A stretch of 64,000 nucleotides of DNA from Sedimentisphaerales bacterium (GTDB lineage: Bacteria; Planctomycetota; Phycisphaerae; Sedimentisphaerales; SM23-30), in NCBI GenBank assembly GCA_963663805.2, contig CAXXMR010000020.1, forward strand, positions 224,001 through 288,000. The letters are read 5' to 3'. This document shows, one piece after another, positions 20,915-31,834 of this stretch. Each line of letters begins with the position of its first letter. Positions within the stretch are counted from its first letter, which is position 1. The notes beneath the pieces were generated by a model. It did not search any database and was not told the DNA's origin. It was given only the letters and a program-made list of their open reading frames with translations. A program made the position numbers and the translations under genes.

Positions 20915-21048
20915 AAACAGCACTCGTGCCGTTTATATGCTCGCTAACCACGCAAGCAACCGGAAAATTAAATAACCTCAGCCCCAGGCTGTATCGAACC
21001 GACACCAATTATTAAAGCATCTGGCGATGTTTCTACTGCGTGGCAGGG

Positions 21049-21759
21049 CTAAGGTGTGGTGTCCAGGCAGACGGCTAGTACTTCGCAGTCTACTCCTTTG
21101 ATGGCTGCTCCGCTGTTGTGGAAGTATATTCCGTGATAGTAGTAATCTGAAAAAGCGACGTGGGTGTGGCCGAAGTAGATGTCTGTGACACCCTGGCTTA
21201 GTTGGGGGTTGTGTTTTTTGAGACCCTGGAGTATTCGGGTGGCGCAGGCCCGGGGCCAGTGGAGGTGGGCGGTGAGGGTGTGGAGTCGCAGTGAGACGGC
21301 GTGGCGGTAGGCGCGGTTGGCGAAGCGGCCTTTCTGGCGGCGGAATTGTTTTAGTTTGCGTTGGAAGGGGTCATTGTTGTGAGGACGCAGAAGCAGGTCG
21401 CCGTGAAAGAACAGGGCGTTGCCGATACGAATGTGAGAGCTGTGCCATTCGAGGTTGGGGATGGTTGGGGTTGATTTGTCGAGGTGGCGGGCGAAGTCGG
21501 CCAGACCGTCATGGTTGCCCATGATATAGAATACGCAGCAGTTGGGGAAACGGCCAGCAAGGTTATCGAGCCATTTCAGGGCGGAATCGATGCTCTGTTC
21601 GAGGTTGTCGAGGGTAGACCAGCGGAAATCAAAAATATCGCCGTTGAGGACCAGGAAGTCGGCGGTTTGAGCGAGATGGTAGACCTTTTCGAGGTATTTG
21701 TCGGCAGAAGAACGTTCGGCCAGGAGGTGCAGGTCGGAGATGACATAACCGTGATTCAT
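21049..21759 (-). CDS. Metallophosphoesterase (LpxH-like)
   Basis: ISDLHL, LNGDIFD, GNHD, FHGD, FGHTH. Confidence 0.85.
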   Translation of the reverse strand: MNHGYVISDLHLLAERSSADKYLEKVYHLAQTADFLVLNGDIFDFRWSTLDNLEQSIDSALKWLDNLAGRFPNCCVFYIMGNHDGLADFARHLDKSTPTIPNLEWHSSHIRIGNALFFHGDLLLRPHNNDPFQRKLKQFRRQKGRFANRAYRHAVSLRLHTLTAHLHWPRACATRILQGLKKHNPQLSQGVTDIYFGHTHVAFSDYYYHGIYFHNSGAAIKGVDCEVLAVCLDTTP

Positions 21760-22497
21760 TTATTTGCGGGCCTCTATTACTACCGAGGGAGAATCGGGCT
21801 GAAAGGGTTCGAAATCGAGGCTTCCGTGCAGGCTTACCTGAGTGAACCCGTGGTTCATCAGGGCTTTGATAATCTGTTCGGGGCTGTAGGGCCGCATGGG
21901 GGTGGTGTGGAGCTGATGTTGCGGCTGGTCGGTTTGCCAGTCGATACGCAGCAGGTTGAAGTTGATGAGGTTGTCGAGGAAGTCGTAAAAACGTATGTAC
22001 TCTACATTATCGCGGCGATTGACGGCTAAAACTCGTTGGTTTTTTTCTATGAGAGGCGGATAGTTGATGAACTGGATGAGGAGTGGGGCGTGAGGGTTGA
22101 GCAGGGTCCGCAAGGCGGTGAGGGATGCGTTTAGGTCCTGGTCGGTGAGGAGGTAGGGCAGGGAATTTCCCAGGCAGAATATAGCGTCAAATGGGGTGTT
22201 GAGGTGGTCGGTGAGGTTTTGGATGGGGGTCTGGATGAATTTGGGCCGAGGATTGGCCAAAGCGGTGATTTGGCGAGCCTGGTCGAGCATTTTTTCGGAG
22301 ATATCGACTCCTACGGCCTGTATGCCGCGATTGGCCCAGGCGATGGTGTAGCTGCCGGTGCCGCAGGCGGCGTCGAGTATGGTTTTTGGGCGGTATCTTT
22401 GGTAAAATGTTTCCACAAATGAAGATATGCGATTTTTGCGTTCCGGGGCCGAAGTCATTTCGTCGTAGAAGTTGGCGATTTGATTGTAAAAATTCAT
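21760..22497 (-). CDS. Class I SAM-dependent methyltransferase
   Basis: ILDAACGTG, GVDISEKML, FDAIFCLGNSL. Confidence 0.9.
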   Translation of the reverse strand: MNFYNQIANFYDEMTSAPERKNRISSFVETFYQRYRPKTILDAACGTGSYTIAWANRGIQAVGVDISEKMLDQARQITALANPRPKFIQTPIQNLTDHLNTPFDAIFCLGNSLPYLLTDQDLNASLTALRTLLNPHAPLLIQFINYPPLIEKNQRVLAVNRRDNVEYIRFYDFLDNLINFNLLRIDWQTDQPQHQLHTTPMRPYSPEQIIKALMNHGFTQVSLHGSLDFEPFQPDSPSVVIEARK

Positions 22498-22647
22498 AGT
22501 ACACCTCCGTTAAGGTTTGGTAGATAATAAGTTAACCGTGTTGGGGGGAAAAGGAAAGATAATTGCTTTTTGGGGTTGGGGCGGTTACATTTTTGGGGTT
22601 ATGGTCTGTAATGTTAAGTTTGATAAGCTGTTAGATGAGGATAGACG

Positions 22648-25392
22648 ATGATTGAGTCAGTTCCGGGAAGCTATAATTTCAGCGCGATCGAGGCTAAATG
22701 GCAGGATTTTTGGGGAAAAAACAAAGTTTTTTCGACTTTTAACGACTTTTCCAAGCCAAAATACTATGTTTTGGACATGTTTCCCTATCCTTCGGGCGAT
22801 GGTTTGCATGTTGGTCATCCGGAGGGTTATACGGCCAGCGATATAGTGGCCCGTTATAAGCGAATGAAAGGTTTCAATGTTTTGCACCCGATGGGCTATG
22901 ATGCTTTCGGGCTGCCGGCTGAGCAGTACGCGGTTAAGACCGGTACGCATCCGCGGATTACCACGGAGCGGAATATCAATAATATTCGTCGGCAGATAAA
23001 GGGGCTGGGGTTCAGCTATGACTGGGATCGGGAGGTCGATACGACTGACCCGAAATATTATCGGTGGACTCAGTGGATATTTCTAAAACTGTTTAACAGT
23101 TGGTTTGATGATGCGGCGAACAAAGCGCGGCCCATCGCTGAGCTTATCGATGGTTTGGAGAAGGAGAAATATCTGGTCGGTGTGGGCGGCGAGCTGGTGG
23201 TGATGTCAGATTGTGATTTGCCGGCAGTGATGGGCGAGCCGATTGGGGCGCGGAAATGGTTTGAACTGGACGCAGCTGAGCAGCGGGAGCTTATCGATAA
23301 TCAGCGGCTGGCTTATCAGTCTGAGAAACCGGTGAACTGGTGCCCGGAACTAGGGACGGTTTTGGCGAACGAGGAAGTTATCGGCGGGGTGAGTGAACGG
23401 GGTGGGCATCCGGTGATTCGTAAACCGATGCGGCAATGGATGCTGCGGATAACGAAATACGCTGAGCGTCTTTTGGCGGATTTGGAGGGGCTGGACTGGT
23501 CTTACGGGATTAAGAAACTGCAAGCGGACTGGATTGGCAGGAGTGAGGGGGCGGAAGTTGATTTCGCGGTTGATGAATGTGATGAGGATATTCGGGTTTT
23601 TACGACTCGGCCCGACACTCTGTTTGGGGCGACTTATATGGTGCTGGCTCCGGAGCATCCGCTGGTTGATGTGATTGTATCGGACCAGCAGCGGTTTGCG
23701 GTTATGAGATATCAGGAGGATGCGGCGCGGAAAAGTGATTTGGACCGGACGGATCTTTCCAAGGATAAAAGCGGGGTGTTTACGGGTGCTTACGCTGTTA
23801 ATCCGGTGAATGGTGAAAAGATACCGATCTGGATAAGCGATTATGTGCTGATAAGCTATGGTACGGGGGCGATTATGGCGGTTCCGGCGCATGATGAGCG
23901 TGACTTTGAGTTTGCCACGAAGTTTGGGCTGCCGATAAAAGGCGTGGTTTTGCCTGATAAGCAGGCGGCGTTGAATTTGCCGGCGGCGGCAGAGAAGGGG
24001 TACGACGCCAAGAATAGCAGTGAGGCTGACGCGGACGCTATCGCTGAGGGAATTATCGCGGAGGTAATGGCGGGTAAGGTATGTTTTGCGGGGTTGGGGA
24101 CGGCGGCGAATTCGGGTGATTTTGATGGGCTGCCGACCGCGGAATTCAAGGAGAAGATTACCGTTTGGCTGGAAGAGCAGGGGTTGGGCAAGCGTTCGGT
24201 GAATTATAAGCTGCGGGACTGGCTGTTCAGTCGTCAGCGTTATTGGGGTGAGCCGATACCGATTGTGCATACTGAAGATGGGGCGGTATTGGGGCTGGAC
24301 GCGGAGAGGGAACTGCCGCTGACTCTGCCGGAAGTGGAGAGCTATCAGCCGAGCGGGACGGGTGAATCGCCTTTGGCGAATATTACGGAGTGGCTGCACG
24401 TTGATTATCAGGGACTTCCTGTCAAGCGTGAGACCAATACGATGCCGCAATGGGCGGGTTCTTGCTGGTATTATCTGCGTTATATCGATGCGTGCAATGA
24501 TGAAGCTCCGTTTGACAAGGAAAAAGAGCGATACTGGATGCCGGTAGATTTGTATATCGGCGGGGCGGAACACGCGGTGCTGCATTTGTTGTACGCGCGG
24601 TTCTGGCATAAGGTTCTTTATGACGCGGGATGGACCAGTACGCCGGAGCCATTTACGAAATTGGTGAATCAGGGAATGATTCTGGGCAGCGACGGTCAGA
24701 AGATGAGCAAGAGCCGGGGCAATGTGGTTAATCCTGACAAGGTGATTGAAGACTACGGGGCGGATTCGATGCGTCTTTATGAGATGTTTATGGGGCCTCT
24801 GGACGCGGTGAAGCCGTGGAATATGCAGGGTGTTGAAGGTGTGCATCGGTTTTTGCAGAAGGCTTGGCGGTTGATTGTGGGTGAGGACGGCGGTCTTCAT
24901 GCGGCGGTGGTTGATGAGCCGGCTGAGGGTGAGTCGCTGCGTACTTTGCATAAGACGATTAAGAAGGTTACGGGCGATATTGAGGGATTTGGCTTTAATA
25001 CGGCGATTTCTCAGATGATGATTTTTGTAAATGAGTATACGCGGCTGGAGAGGCGGAGTAAGTCGGCTTTGGAGGCATTTGTGCTGCTGCTGGCTCCTTT
25101 TTCGCCGCATATTGGTGAGGAATTGTGGCAGAAGCTGGGGCATAGCGAAAGTCTGGCTTATCAGGGGTGGCCTGAATATGATGAGGCCCTGACGCAAGAC
25201 CCGGAAGTTGAGATTGCTTTGCAGATTAACGGTAAGGTGCGGGACAAGATTACGGTGGCGGCGGATACCGACGAAAAAGCGATTGAAGAGGCGGCGTTGA
25301 ATAATCCGCGGGTGCAGGAACTTCTGAAAGGCAAGGCGGTTCGTAAGGTTGTGGTTATTAAGGGGCGGTTGGTCAATATTGTGGCGACGTAA
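22648..25392 (+). CDS. leuS: Leucine--tRNA ligase
   Basis: [37 protein letters not shown]. Confidence 0.99.
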   Translation: MIESVPGSYNFSAIEAKWQDFWGKNKVFSTFNDFSKPKYYVLDMFPYPSGDGLHVGHPEGYTASDIVARYKRMKGFNVLHPMGYDAFGLPAEQYAVKTGTHPRITTERNINNIRRQIKGLGFSYDWDREVDTTDPKYYRWTQWIFLKLFNSWFDDAANKARPIAELIDGLEKEKYLVGVGGELVVMSDCDLPAVMGEPIGARKWFELDAAEQRELIDNQRLAYQSEKPVNWCPELGTVLANEEVIGGVSERGGHPVIRKPMRQWMLRITKYAERLLADLEGLDWSYGIKKLQADWIGRSEGAEVDFAVDECDEDIRVFTTRPDTLFGATYMVLAPEHPLVDVIVSDQQRFAVMRYQEDAARKSDLDRTDLSKDKSGVFTGAYAVNPVNGEKIPIWISDYVLISYGTGAIMAVPAHDERDFEFATKFGLPIKGVVLPDKQAALNLPAAAEKGYDAKNSSEADADAIAEGIIAEVMAGKVCFAGLGTAANSGDFDGLPTAEFKEKITVWLEEQGLGKRSVNYKLRDWLFSRQRYWGEPIPIVHTEDGAVLGLDAERELPLTLPEVESYQPSGTGESPLANITEWLHVDYQGLPVKRETNTMPQWAGSCWYYLRYIDACNDEAPFDKEKERYWMPVDLYIGGAEHAVLHLLYARFWHKVLYDAGWTSTPEPFTKLVNQGMILGSDGQKMSKSRGNVVNPDKVIEDYGADSMRLYEMFMGPLDAVKPWNMQGVEGVHRFLQKAWRLIVGEDGGLHAAVVDEPAEGESLRTLHKTIKKVTGDIEGFGFNTAISQMMIFVNEYTRLERRSKSALEAFVLLLAPFSPHIGEELWQKLGHSESLAYQGWPEYDEALTQDPEVEIALQINGKVRDKITVAADTDEKAIEEAALNNPRVQELLKGKAVRKVVVIKGRLVNIVAT

Positions 25393-25400
25393 GCGTAACG

Positions 25401-25530
25401 GCAGGCAAGAGGCATTTAAGAAGGCAAGAGGCATTAGGCAAGAGGCAAGAGGGCAGGATTTTATTATTTTTGCTTTATACCGGGGGCTTACGCGCCCCAG
25501 CTATGCGCTCTTTCGACCCCTTTGGGGTCT
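25401..25530. repeat. AGGCAAG heptamer run plus REP-like palindromes
   Basis: Repeated AGGCAAGAGGCA at 25403-25455; GGGGCTTACGCGCCCC and GACCCCTTTGGGGTC hairpins. Confidence 0.6.
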
Positions 25531-25616
25531 TTAACGGTATTGACGCAACGGGTGTTTTGAGCTGGGGTTTGGGCGACGGTGCGGGGCGAACTTCGGTCGG
25601 GAGTGGGAAAGTGTAC

Positions 25617-25650
25617 CGGACACCGTTTCGAATCGGACACCGTTTCGAAT
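25617..25650. repeat. Perfect 17-bp tandem duplication
   Basis: CGGACACCGTTTCGAAT x2. Confidence 0.9.
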
Positions 25651-25895
25651 CTCAAAAAGGCTTTTTGACAGGGAAGTTATTCGGACCTCAGATTTGTGTT
25701 CTGGATAATTTGGCTGTTGTGCTTCCTATAAAAACGTTTGTGCCAGTTTGTGACACTGGTTTTTGGGGCGGAGAAATAAACATTAAATTTGTGTTTTGGG
25801 GGGAGTGGTAATCTGTCCGAAAAGATTTAAGCCTGGCTGTTTACGGTTATGGTTTAATTTCAGAGGTGGTATGACCACCCGTTAAGGAGCTTGTA

Positions 25896-26897
25896 ATGGT
25901 TGTGTATTCGAGAATGTTGCATGTGATTTTATTGGTTTTGGTTGTTTCGCTGTGCTCCTGTGAGAAGAAGCAGGAGGCGGCGGCTCCTGCGGCATCCGAT
26001 AATCAACCGGCTGTCAAAGAGTCTGAAATGGCTGAGCCAGTGATGCAGGCGGGTGAATTTACAGCGATTGTGCCGCCGAAACGTGAAGCCAAGGATATTG
26101 CGATTAAATGTGTGCGGAAAGACGCTGTGATTGTGGCTGACGGCAAGGCTGATGAGGTGGTTTGGGGTGAGCTTTCGAAAGTGGTTACGCTGGACTGTTC
26201 ATCTGGGCGGGAGATAGAGCTTTGCTGTTTCCATGACGGGGTGAACATTTACTTTTTAGCTCGTTATCCTGACGGGGCGGCATCGGAGAGTCACAAGAGC
26301 TGGGGCTGGAGTGAGGCTGAGCAGGTTTATAAGCCGCTGCCGGACCGGGAGGATATGCTGGTTTATAAGTGGCTGATGACCGGTGAGGTGATGGGTTTTG
26401 GGGTTGATGTTATTGAGCCTCATACGGCTGACATATGGTTCTGGAAGGCGCGGCGGACGAATCCGAGTGGTTATTTTGATGATAAGATGCATCTGGTGAC
26501 AACGGAGGAGAGTAAGGGCGCGTTGGCGATTGAATCTAAGAAAAACGGTAAGGTTTATTTACTGCGAGTTGGGGATGAAGGTAAAAGCGCTTATGAGGAA
26601 GTCATACCTTTTGAGTATGAGGGGAAATACAAGCGGAAATATTTGCCGCGTGAGCCGGAAGGCAGCCGGGCAGATGTGCAGGGCAAGGGTGTGTGGTCGG
26701 AGGGGTACTGGACAATCGAGTTGGCTCGCAAGCTGGATACAGGGCATGAAGATGATGTGAGGTTTGTTGAGGGCGGGCAGTATCGTTTTGGGGTGTGTCT
26801 GTACGAGATGGCGGCGACGGGTGTTTATCCGGAGCTTTATCAGCCGTTGTATCGGACAGGTGATGTTTTTGATAATCTGGTGCTGGAAATTGAATGA
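25896..26897 (+). CDS. Lipoprotein with ethylbenzene-dehydrogenase-gamma-like (DOMON-type, putative haem b) domain
   Basis: Lipobox-like LCSC; ADIWFWKARRTNPSGYFDD; GVWSEGYWTIELARKLDTGHEDDV. Confidence 0.7.
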   Translation: MVVYSRMLHVILLVLVVSLCSCEKKQEAAAPAASDNQPAVKESEMAEPVMQAGEFTAIVPPKREAKDIAIKCVRKDAVIVADGKADEVVWGELSKVVTLDCSSGREIELCCFHDGVNIYFLARYPDGAASESHKSWGWSEAEQVYKPLPDREDMLVYKWLMTGEVMGFGVDVIEPHTADIWFWKARRTNPSGYFDDKMHLVTTEESKGALAIESKKNGKVYLLRVGDEGKSAYEEVIPFEYEGKYKRKYLPREPEGSRADVQGKGVWSEGYWTIELARKLDTGHEDDVRFVEGGQYRFGVCLYEMAATGVYPELYQPLYRTGDVFDNLVLEIE

Positions 26898-26924
26898 ACG
26901 AGTGGAATGTTAAAGAGCTTGTAG

Positions 26925-28895
26925 ATGTTATCCAAATATCCATTTAAGTTAATAGCTCGTTACGCAGTGTTTATTATATTCGGCACTCTGCTGCTGACAA
27001 CATCGCTGGGGGTATATGTTGCGCACAGCAGTTACAGTATTGTCAAAAGCCGTCTGCATGACAATATTGAGATTCTGGCGGTATTGCCGGAATTGATGTA
27101 TGAGTTTTACAATGAAAATGAAGTGTTTGTAGAGTTGTTCAATGAGCAGTCCCAGGCGGTGGAGCCTTGTCTGGCACATCTGGACAAAGTACAAAAGATA
27201 TTAAATCGTCCGGCATTTTTGAGTGGGGAAAACGCGGGAATAAAACAGAATCTGGAACATTTACAGCGTCAGAGCCGGACGATGCTTTATCAGTATCAAT
27301 CGGCGGATTTGAAGGATCCGACTCGTGATTACGGCAAGGAGACGTTGGGTTTGATAAAAGGGGTGATGAAGCAGTCAGAGGAACAGGCGATAGCATATTG
27401 CAATGAGGTGCATGAGAGGACCTATCTGGCGTTGGAGTCGCTGACGAATAAGCTGCGTCTTTCGGAGATATATTTGGGGGTAATGCTAAGTGTGGGTCTG
27501 GTTTTGATAGTAAGTGTGGTTTTGCTGATGCGTCAGGCGTTGAATAAGCGTTTGCGGGCGATTATCGCGGCGGCTGATAATATTCGCAAGGGCAATACTA
27601 ATTATCGTATCGATACTCCGTTTGATGACGAGATGGGTCAGGTGGCGCGGAGCATTGATAATATGGCGGAGCGGATTCATGTTAAGGAAAATCAGCTATT
27701 GACGATTAATAAGAAGCTGAATGAATCTTTGAAACTGGCTCAGCAGGCGGATTTGGCCAAGAGTCAGTTTTTGGCGAATATGAGCCATGAGATTCGCACG
27801 CCGATGAACGCGATAATGGGTTTCAGCAAGGTATTGTGCGGTGAAAAGCTGGATGAGGAGCAGCATAAATACGCGAATTTCATTCACAGTTCGGCCAAGA
27901 ATCTGCTGACGCTGCTGAATGATATTCTGGACATATCGAAGATTGAGGCGGGCAAACTTGAGATTGAGTTGATAGAAACTTCGCTGGAAGAGATTTTGTG
28001 TAATCTGGACTCGATAATGAGGCCTGCGGCGACTGATAAAGAGATAGAATTTAAGGTACTGCATCGCAATGCGATACCGGCAGAGATTATTTGTGACCCG
28101 ACGCGTCTTTATCAGTGCCTGGTGAATCTGACGACCAATGCGATTAAGTTTACCGAGAGCGGTCATGTGTATGTCAAGGTTCGTTGTGAGGGTGATGACG
28201 CTGAGGCGAAGATTTATTTTGAGATTGAGGATACGGGTATAGGTATTGAAGGTGATAAGATAGATACTGTTTTTGACACGTTCAGTCAGGCGGATAACAG
28301 TACGACTCGGAAATACGGCGGGACGGGTCTGGGGCTGACAATTACACGTCAGTTGGTTGAAATGCTGGGCGGTAATATTTATGTGGAGAGCAAGCCGGGT
28401 ACGGGTTCGACGTTTAGTTTTTATGTGCCGGCTCGGGTCGATGTTGGTTCGGTAGAGAAACTTGGGGCGGAAAATACGGCTCGTTATCTGAAGGGTGGCA
28501 CTGAAGATAAAATGGTTCGCTATGCCGGACATGTGCTGGTGGCGGAAGATAATTTCGCTAATCAGAAGCTCGTTGAGCTGCTGCTGCATCGGGCTGGTTT
28601 TGCGGTGACGATAGTTGATAATGGGCAGAAGGCGGTGGAAGCGGCATCGGCAAATGAATTCGATTTGATAATTATGGACATGCAGATGCCGGTTTTGAGC
28701 GGTTATGACGCGACTGGCCAGATACGACAGGTTGATGAGAATATCCCGATTGTGGCATTGACAGCTAACGCGATGAGCGGCGATAGTGAGAAATGTATCG
28801 AAGCTGGCTGTAATGATTATATCGCTAAGCCGGTTGATATCGACAAGTTGCGGCCTGTGCTGGATAAATATTTTGAGCCGGCCGTGAGTGCTTGA
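26925..28895 (+). CDS. Membrane hybrid sensor histidine kinase (HAMP-HisKA-HATPase-REC)
   Basis: Two TM helices; FLANMSHEIRTPMN; NAIKFT; GGTGLGL; IIMDMQMP. Confidence 0.96.
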   Translation: MLSKYPFKLIARYAVFIIFGTLLLTTSLGVYVAHSSYSIVKSRLHDNIEILAVLPELMYEFYNENEVFVELFNEQSQAVEPCLAHLDKVQKILNRPAFLSGENAGIKQNLEHLQRQSRTMLYQYQSADLKDPTRDYGKETLGLIKGVMKQSEEQAIAYCNEVHERTYLALESLTNKLRLSEIYLGVMLSVGLVLIVSVVLLMRQALNKRLRAIIAAADNIRKGNTNYRIDTPFDDEMGQVARSIDNMAERIHVKENQLLTINKKLNESLKLAQQADLAKSQFLANMSHEIRTPMNAIMGFSKVLCGEKLDEEQHKYANFIHSSAKNLLTLLNDILDISKIEAGKLEIELIETSLEEILCNLDSIMRPAATDKEIEFKVLHRNAIPAEIICDPTRLYQCLVNLTTNAIKFTESGHVYVKVRCEGDDAEAKIYFEIEDTGIGIEGDKIDTVFDTFSQADNSTTRKYGGTGLGLTITRQLVEMLGGNIYVESKPGTGSTFSFYVPARVDVGSVEKLGAENTARYLKGGTEDKMVRYAGHVLVAEDNFANQKLVELLLHRAGFAVTIVDNGQKAVEAASANEFDLIIMDMQMPVLSGYDATGQIRQVDENIPIVALTANAMSGDSEKCIEAGCNDYIAKPVDIDKLRPVLDKYFEPAVSA

Positions 28896-28910
28896 TAGAC
28901 CTTGGGGGGG

Positions 28911-29897
28911 TCAGGTTGTTGGGCTGCTGTTTTTGTAGATTGTTCGGACTACCTCTTCGAGGTCTGGTTCGTGGATAGAGACGTCCTGGGCGTTGCCGAG
29001 CTGGAGAAGTTGGGGGGTTGTTGCGGCGACCTGTTCTCGGGGGAGGCTGAAGGTGCAGGTTGGGCCTTGCCGGTGCTTGAGGAATGGCTGGAATTTTTCG
29101 GTGATGGTTACGGGGTGCTGGTATTTAATTTCGATAGTCTTGTGGGTGGCGTAGGCAGACTTTAGTTTCTGGAGGGGCCCATCATAGATTATACTGCCGA
29201 CGTTGATGAAAATGATACGTTGGCAGAGTTCTTCGATGTCGCCCATGTCGTGAGTGGTGAGGATGATGGTTACTTTTTCGTTCTGGTTGATGCGTCTGAG
29301 GAATTTTCGGATTTCCTGTTTGCTGACGGCGTCTAGTCCTATGGTTGGTTCGTCGAGGAATATTACGCGGGGCTGATGGAGTAGTGATGCGGCGATTTCG
29401 CAGCGCATACGTTGGCCGAGCGAGAGTTTGCGGACGGGGATGTGGAGCAGTTCCTCAAGTTCGAGCAGTTCGGTGAATTCGGCGAGGCGGCGCTGGAATT
29501 TTTTGCGGTCGAGTTCGTAAATGGCCTGGTAGAGCAGGAAGGAGTCGCGGACGGGGATGTCGTATTCGAGCAGGCTGCGTTGGCCGAAGACTACGCCGAT
29601 GTTGTATGTGTAGCGGTAGCGGTCGCGGTTGGGGTCGAATCCCATGACGCGGATGGTGCCGGAGGTGGGGTAGATTATGCCGGTGAGGAGCTTTATGGTA
29701 GTTGATTTGCCGGCTCCGTTGGGGCCGATGTAGCCGATGAACTCGCCTTCATTGACGATGAAATTAATGTTGCAGAGAACGTCTATGTTCATTTTTTTGC
29801 GGTAGAAGATGCTCTTCCAGCCGGTTTGTCCCTTTACGGGGACGGAAAATGATTTGCTGACGTTGGTTACTTCGATTATGGGGCTGTTGGTGTCCAT
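28911..29897 (-). CDS. ABC transporter ATP-binding protein
   Basis: GPNGAGKST, LSLGQRMR, FLDEPTIGLD. Confidence 0.95.
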   Translation of the reverse strand: MDTNSPIIEVTNVSKSFSVPVKGQTGWKSIFYRKKMNIDVLCNINFIVNEGEFIGYIGPNGAGKSTTIKLLTGIIYPTSGTIRVMGFDPNRDRYRYTYNIGVVFGQRSLLEYDIPVRDSFLLYQAIYELDRKKFQRRLAEFTELLELEELLHIPVRKLSLGQRMRCEIAASLLHQPRVIFLDEPTIGLDAVSKQEIRKFLRRINQNEKVTIILTTHDMGDIEELCQRIIFINVGSIIYDGPLQKLKSAYATHKTIEIKYQHPVTITEKFQPFLKHRQGPTCTFSLPREQVAATTPQLLQLGNAQDVSIHEPDLEEVVRTIYKNSSPTT

Positions 29898-29997
29898 TTG
29901 GATTATGATAGGCTAAGGTTGGGTGATAGTGTTCGTATCCGGCCGCTTACACGGCTCGGCTTGTGTTGTTGGTTTGGTTGGACGTGATGGTTGGTGG

Positions 29998-30957
29998 TTA
30001 ATCATTCCGTTTGGGTTCGGGCCAGAAGCGGAGCATTAGTATGCCTATTTCGTAGAGGATGTACATGGGGGCGGCCAGGGCTATTTGGGAGATTACGTCG
30101 GGTGGGGTCATGGCCGCGGCGATGATTACCATGGCCAGTACGATGTATTTGCGGATGCTCTGGAAGGTTTTTATGCTGACCAGGCGGAGTTTACCGAGAA
30201 TGAAAACCACCAATGGCACCTGGAAGGCTAGACTAAATGCCAGGGCGAGAATCAGTACCAGTGAAATGTATTGCTGGAGGGTGAAGAGTGGTTTGATAAA
30301 CGGTTTTTTGATTTCCACCTTTGGTTCAGAGGCAGGGATTTGTTCGATGTTTTCTGTTTGGGCTTGAGTGTCGGTGGTTGTGGGCTGATAGTCGGTTTGT
30401 TCAGGCTGGACGGTTTCGATGATGGGGGTTTCCAGCATGGCTTTGTTGATGGCGCGGGTGATGAAGGTTTCCTGAATTGCGGGGGCTTGCCATTTGCTGC
30501 AGAAGGTGATAAAGAAATTAAACGAGAGAGGAGCAACTACGGTTACAAAGAAGGTGCCGCCGAGAATGAACAGAAACGCGGAAAAAGGCACGAAAACATG
30601 TACCATTTTTTTTTCGTGGTCGTAGAGCCCCGCTGCGATGAAGGACCAGAGCTGATAGAATATCCAGGGCGAGGCAAAGAAGATGGCACTATAGACCGAG
30701 ACGCGGATGTAGGTGATGAATCCTTCGGTGAGCGATGAGACGTAGAGCTGGGAGTCCTGGCCGGTGGCTTTGAGGGCGATGAGCAGGGGCTGGGCGAGGA
30801 AAGCGAGGATGTCGCTGCCGAAAATAAGGCAGACTACCAGGGCGATGAGGAAGCCGTAGATGGATTTGAGCAGGCGGCTGCGGAGTTCGTCGATATGTTC
30901 GCCAAAGCTCATTTTGCTGTTGTCCAGCTCTGTTTTTTTTGATTTTTCATCGGTCAT
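29998..30957 (-). CDS. tatC: Twin-arginine translocase TatC
   Basis: MSFGEHIDELRSRL, FIAAGLYDHEK, TPPDVISQ, LYEIGI. Confidence 0.96.
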   Translation of the reverse strand: MTDEKSKKTELDNSKMSFGEHIDELRSRLLKSIYGFLIALVVCLIFGSDILAFLAQPLLIALKATGQDSQLYVSSLTEGFITYIRVSVYSAIFFASPWIFYQLWSFIAAGLYDHEKKMVHVFVPFSAFLFILGGTFFVTVVAPLSFNFFITFCSKWQAPAIQETFITRAINKAMLETPIIETVQPEQTDYQPTTTDTQAQTENIEQIPASEPKVEIKKPFIKPLFTLQQYISLVLILALAFSLAFQVPLVVFILGKLRLVSIKTFQSIRKYIVLAMVIIAAAMTPPDVISQIALAAPMYILYEIGILMLRFWPEPKRND

Positions 30958-31104
30958 GGCGGCATTATAACACCAATTTCAGTCCAGATAAACTGGAAAT
31001 TCCCAGCCCTAGAATTTAAATCCCAAATAATATCGAAACAAAAAACTATGTAGGCGTTCACTGTCGTTTCTTTTTTTCCTTCGGGTTTTTTCAGAAAGGT
31101 GTTT

Positions 31105-31767
31105 CTATAAATATTTTAGGATTACTACCCCGCCGATGAGCAACGCCATAAACAGCAGGCAGAGCCAGTTGAAATATTTTTCGATATATGGTTTGATGCC
31201 GGGGCCGTATTTTCCGAAGAGACCGGCGACGAGGAAGAATCTCGCTGAGCGGCTGACCGCGGCGGCTATCAGAAACATTACGAAGTTGATTTTGGCTACT
31301 CCGGCGGTGATGGTGCAGACCTTGAACGGCAGGGGGGTAAATCCGCAGGTGAAGACCACCCAGAAATCCCATTTTTCGTAGGCTTGTGAGAACTTCTGGA
31401 AATTTTCAGGCGTGATTTTCGCCCAGGCCATATTTGCCAGCACCCATTCTCCGATTTGTTCCCAGAGGAACATTCCGACCATATACCCCATCACTCCGCC
31501 CAATACCGATGCTATGGAACAGAACAAAGCGAACCGAAACCATTTCTTAGGCTGTCCCAAAGTCAGCGGTGCCAGCAGCACATCGGGCGGGACGGGGAAA
31601 AATGATGACTCGGCGAATGAAAGCAGAAACAGGGCCCAGATTCCATATCGCGTATCTGCCCAGTGCAGAACCCAGTCATAAAGCCGGCGATGTAAGTGCC
31701 ACCAGGCCACTGTATGGGAACTATCATTTTTAGCCAGAGAATCGGAAGTTTGCACATCAATACTCAT
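31105..31767 (-). CDS. YqaA/DedA-family membrane protein
   Basis: SFAESSFFPVPPDVLL, GFTPLPFKV, SRSARFF. Confidence 0.92.
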   Translation of the reverse strand: MSIDVQTSDSLAKNDSSHTVAWWHLHRRLYDWVLHWADTRYGIWALFLLSFAESSFFPVPPDVLLAPLTLGQPKKWFRFALFCSIASVLGGVMGYMVGMFLWEQIGEWVLANMAWAKITPENFQKFSQAYEKWDFWVVFTCGFTPLPFKVCTITAGVAKINFVMFLIAAAVSRSARFFLVAGLFGKYGPGIKPYIEKYFNWLCLLFMALLIGGVVILKYL

Positions 31768-31834
31768 AAAATATTTTCCCTCGTCAGATTCTTGTGTATA
31801 CGTAAGCGTTTCGGTTGTCACCAACTGTTTTTTA

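Noticed and set aside
23350..25434. 694-aa ORF antisense to leuS, and similar long antisense ORFs (27696, 32681, 52795, 54796)
   Set aside because: Shadow frames of well-supported genes with no recognisable motifs.
25403..25650. Possible CRISPR array
   Set aside because: No repeat-spacer periodicity and no cas genes in the window.
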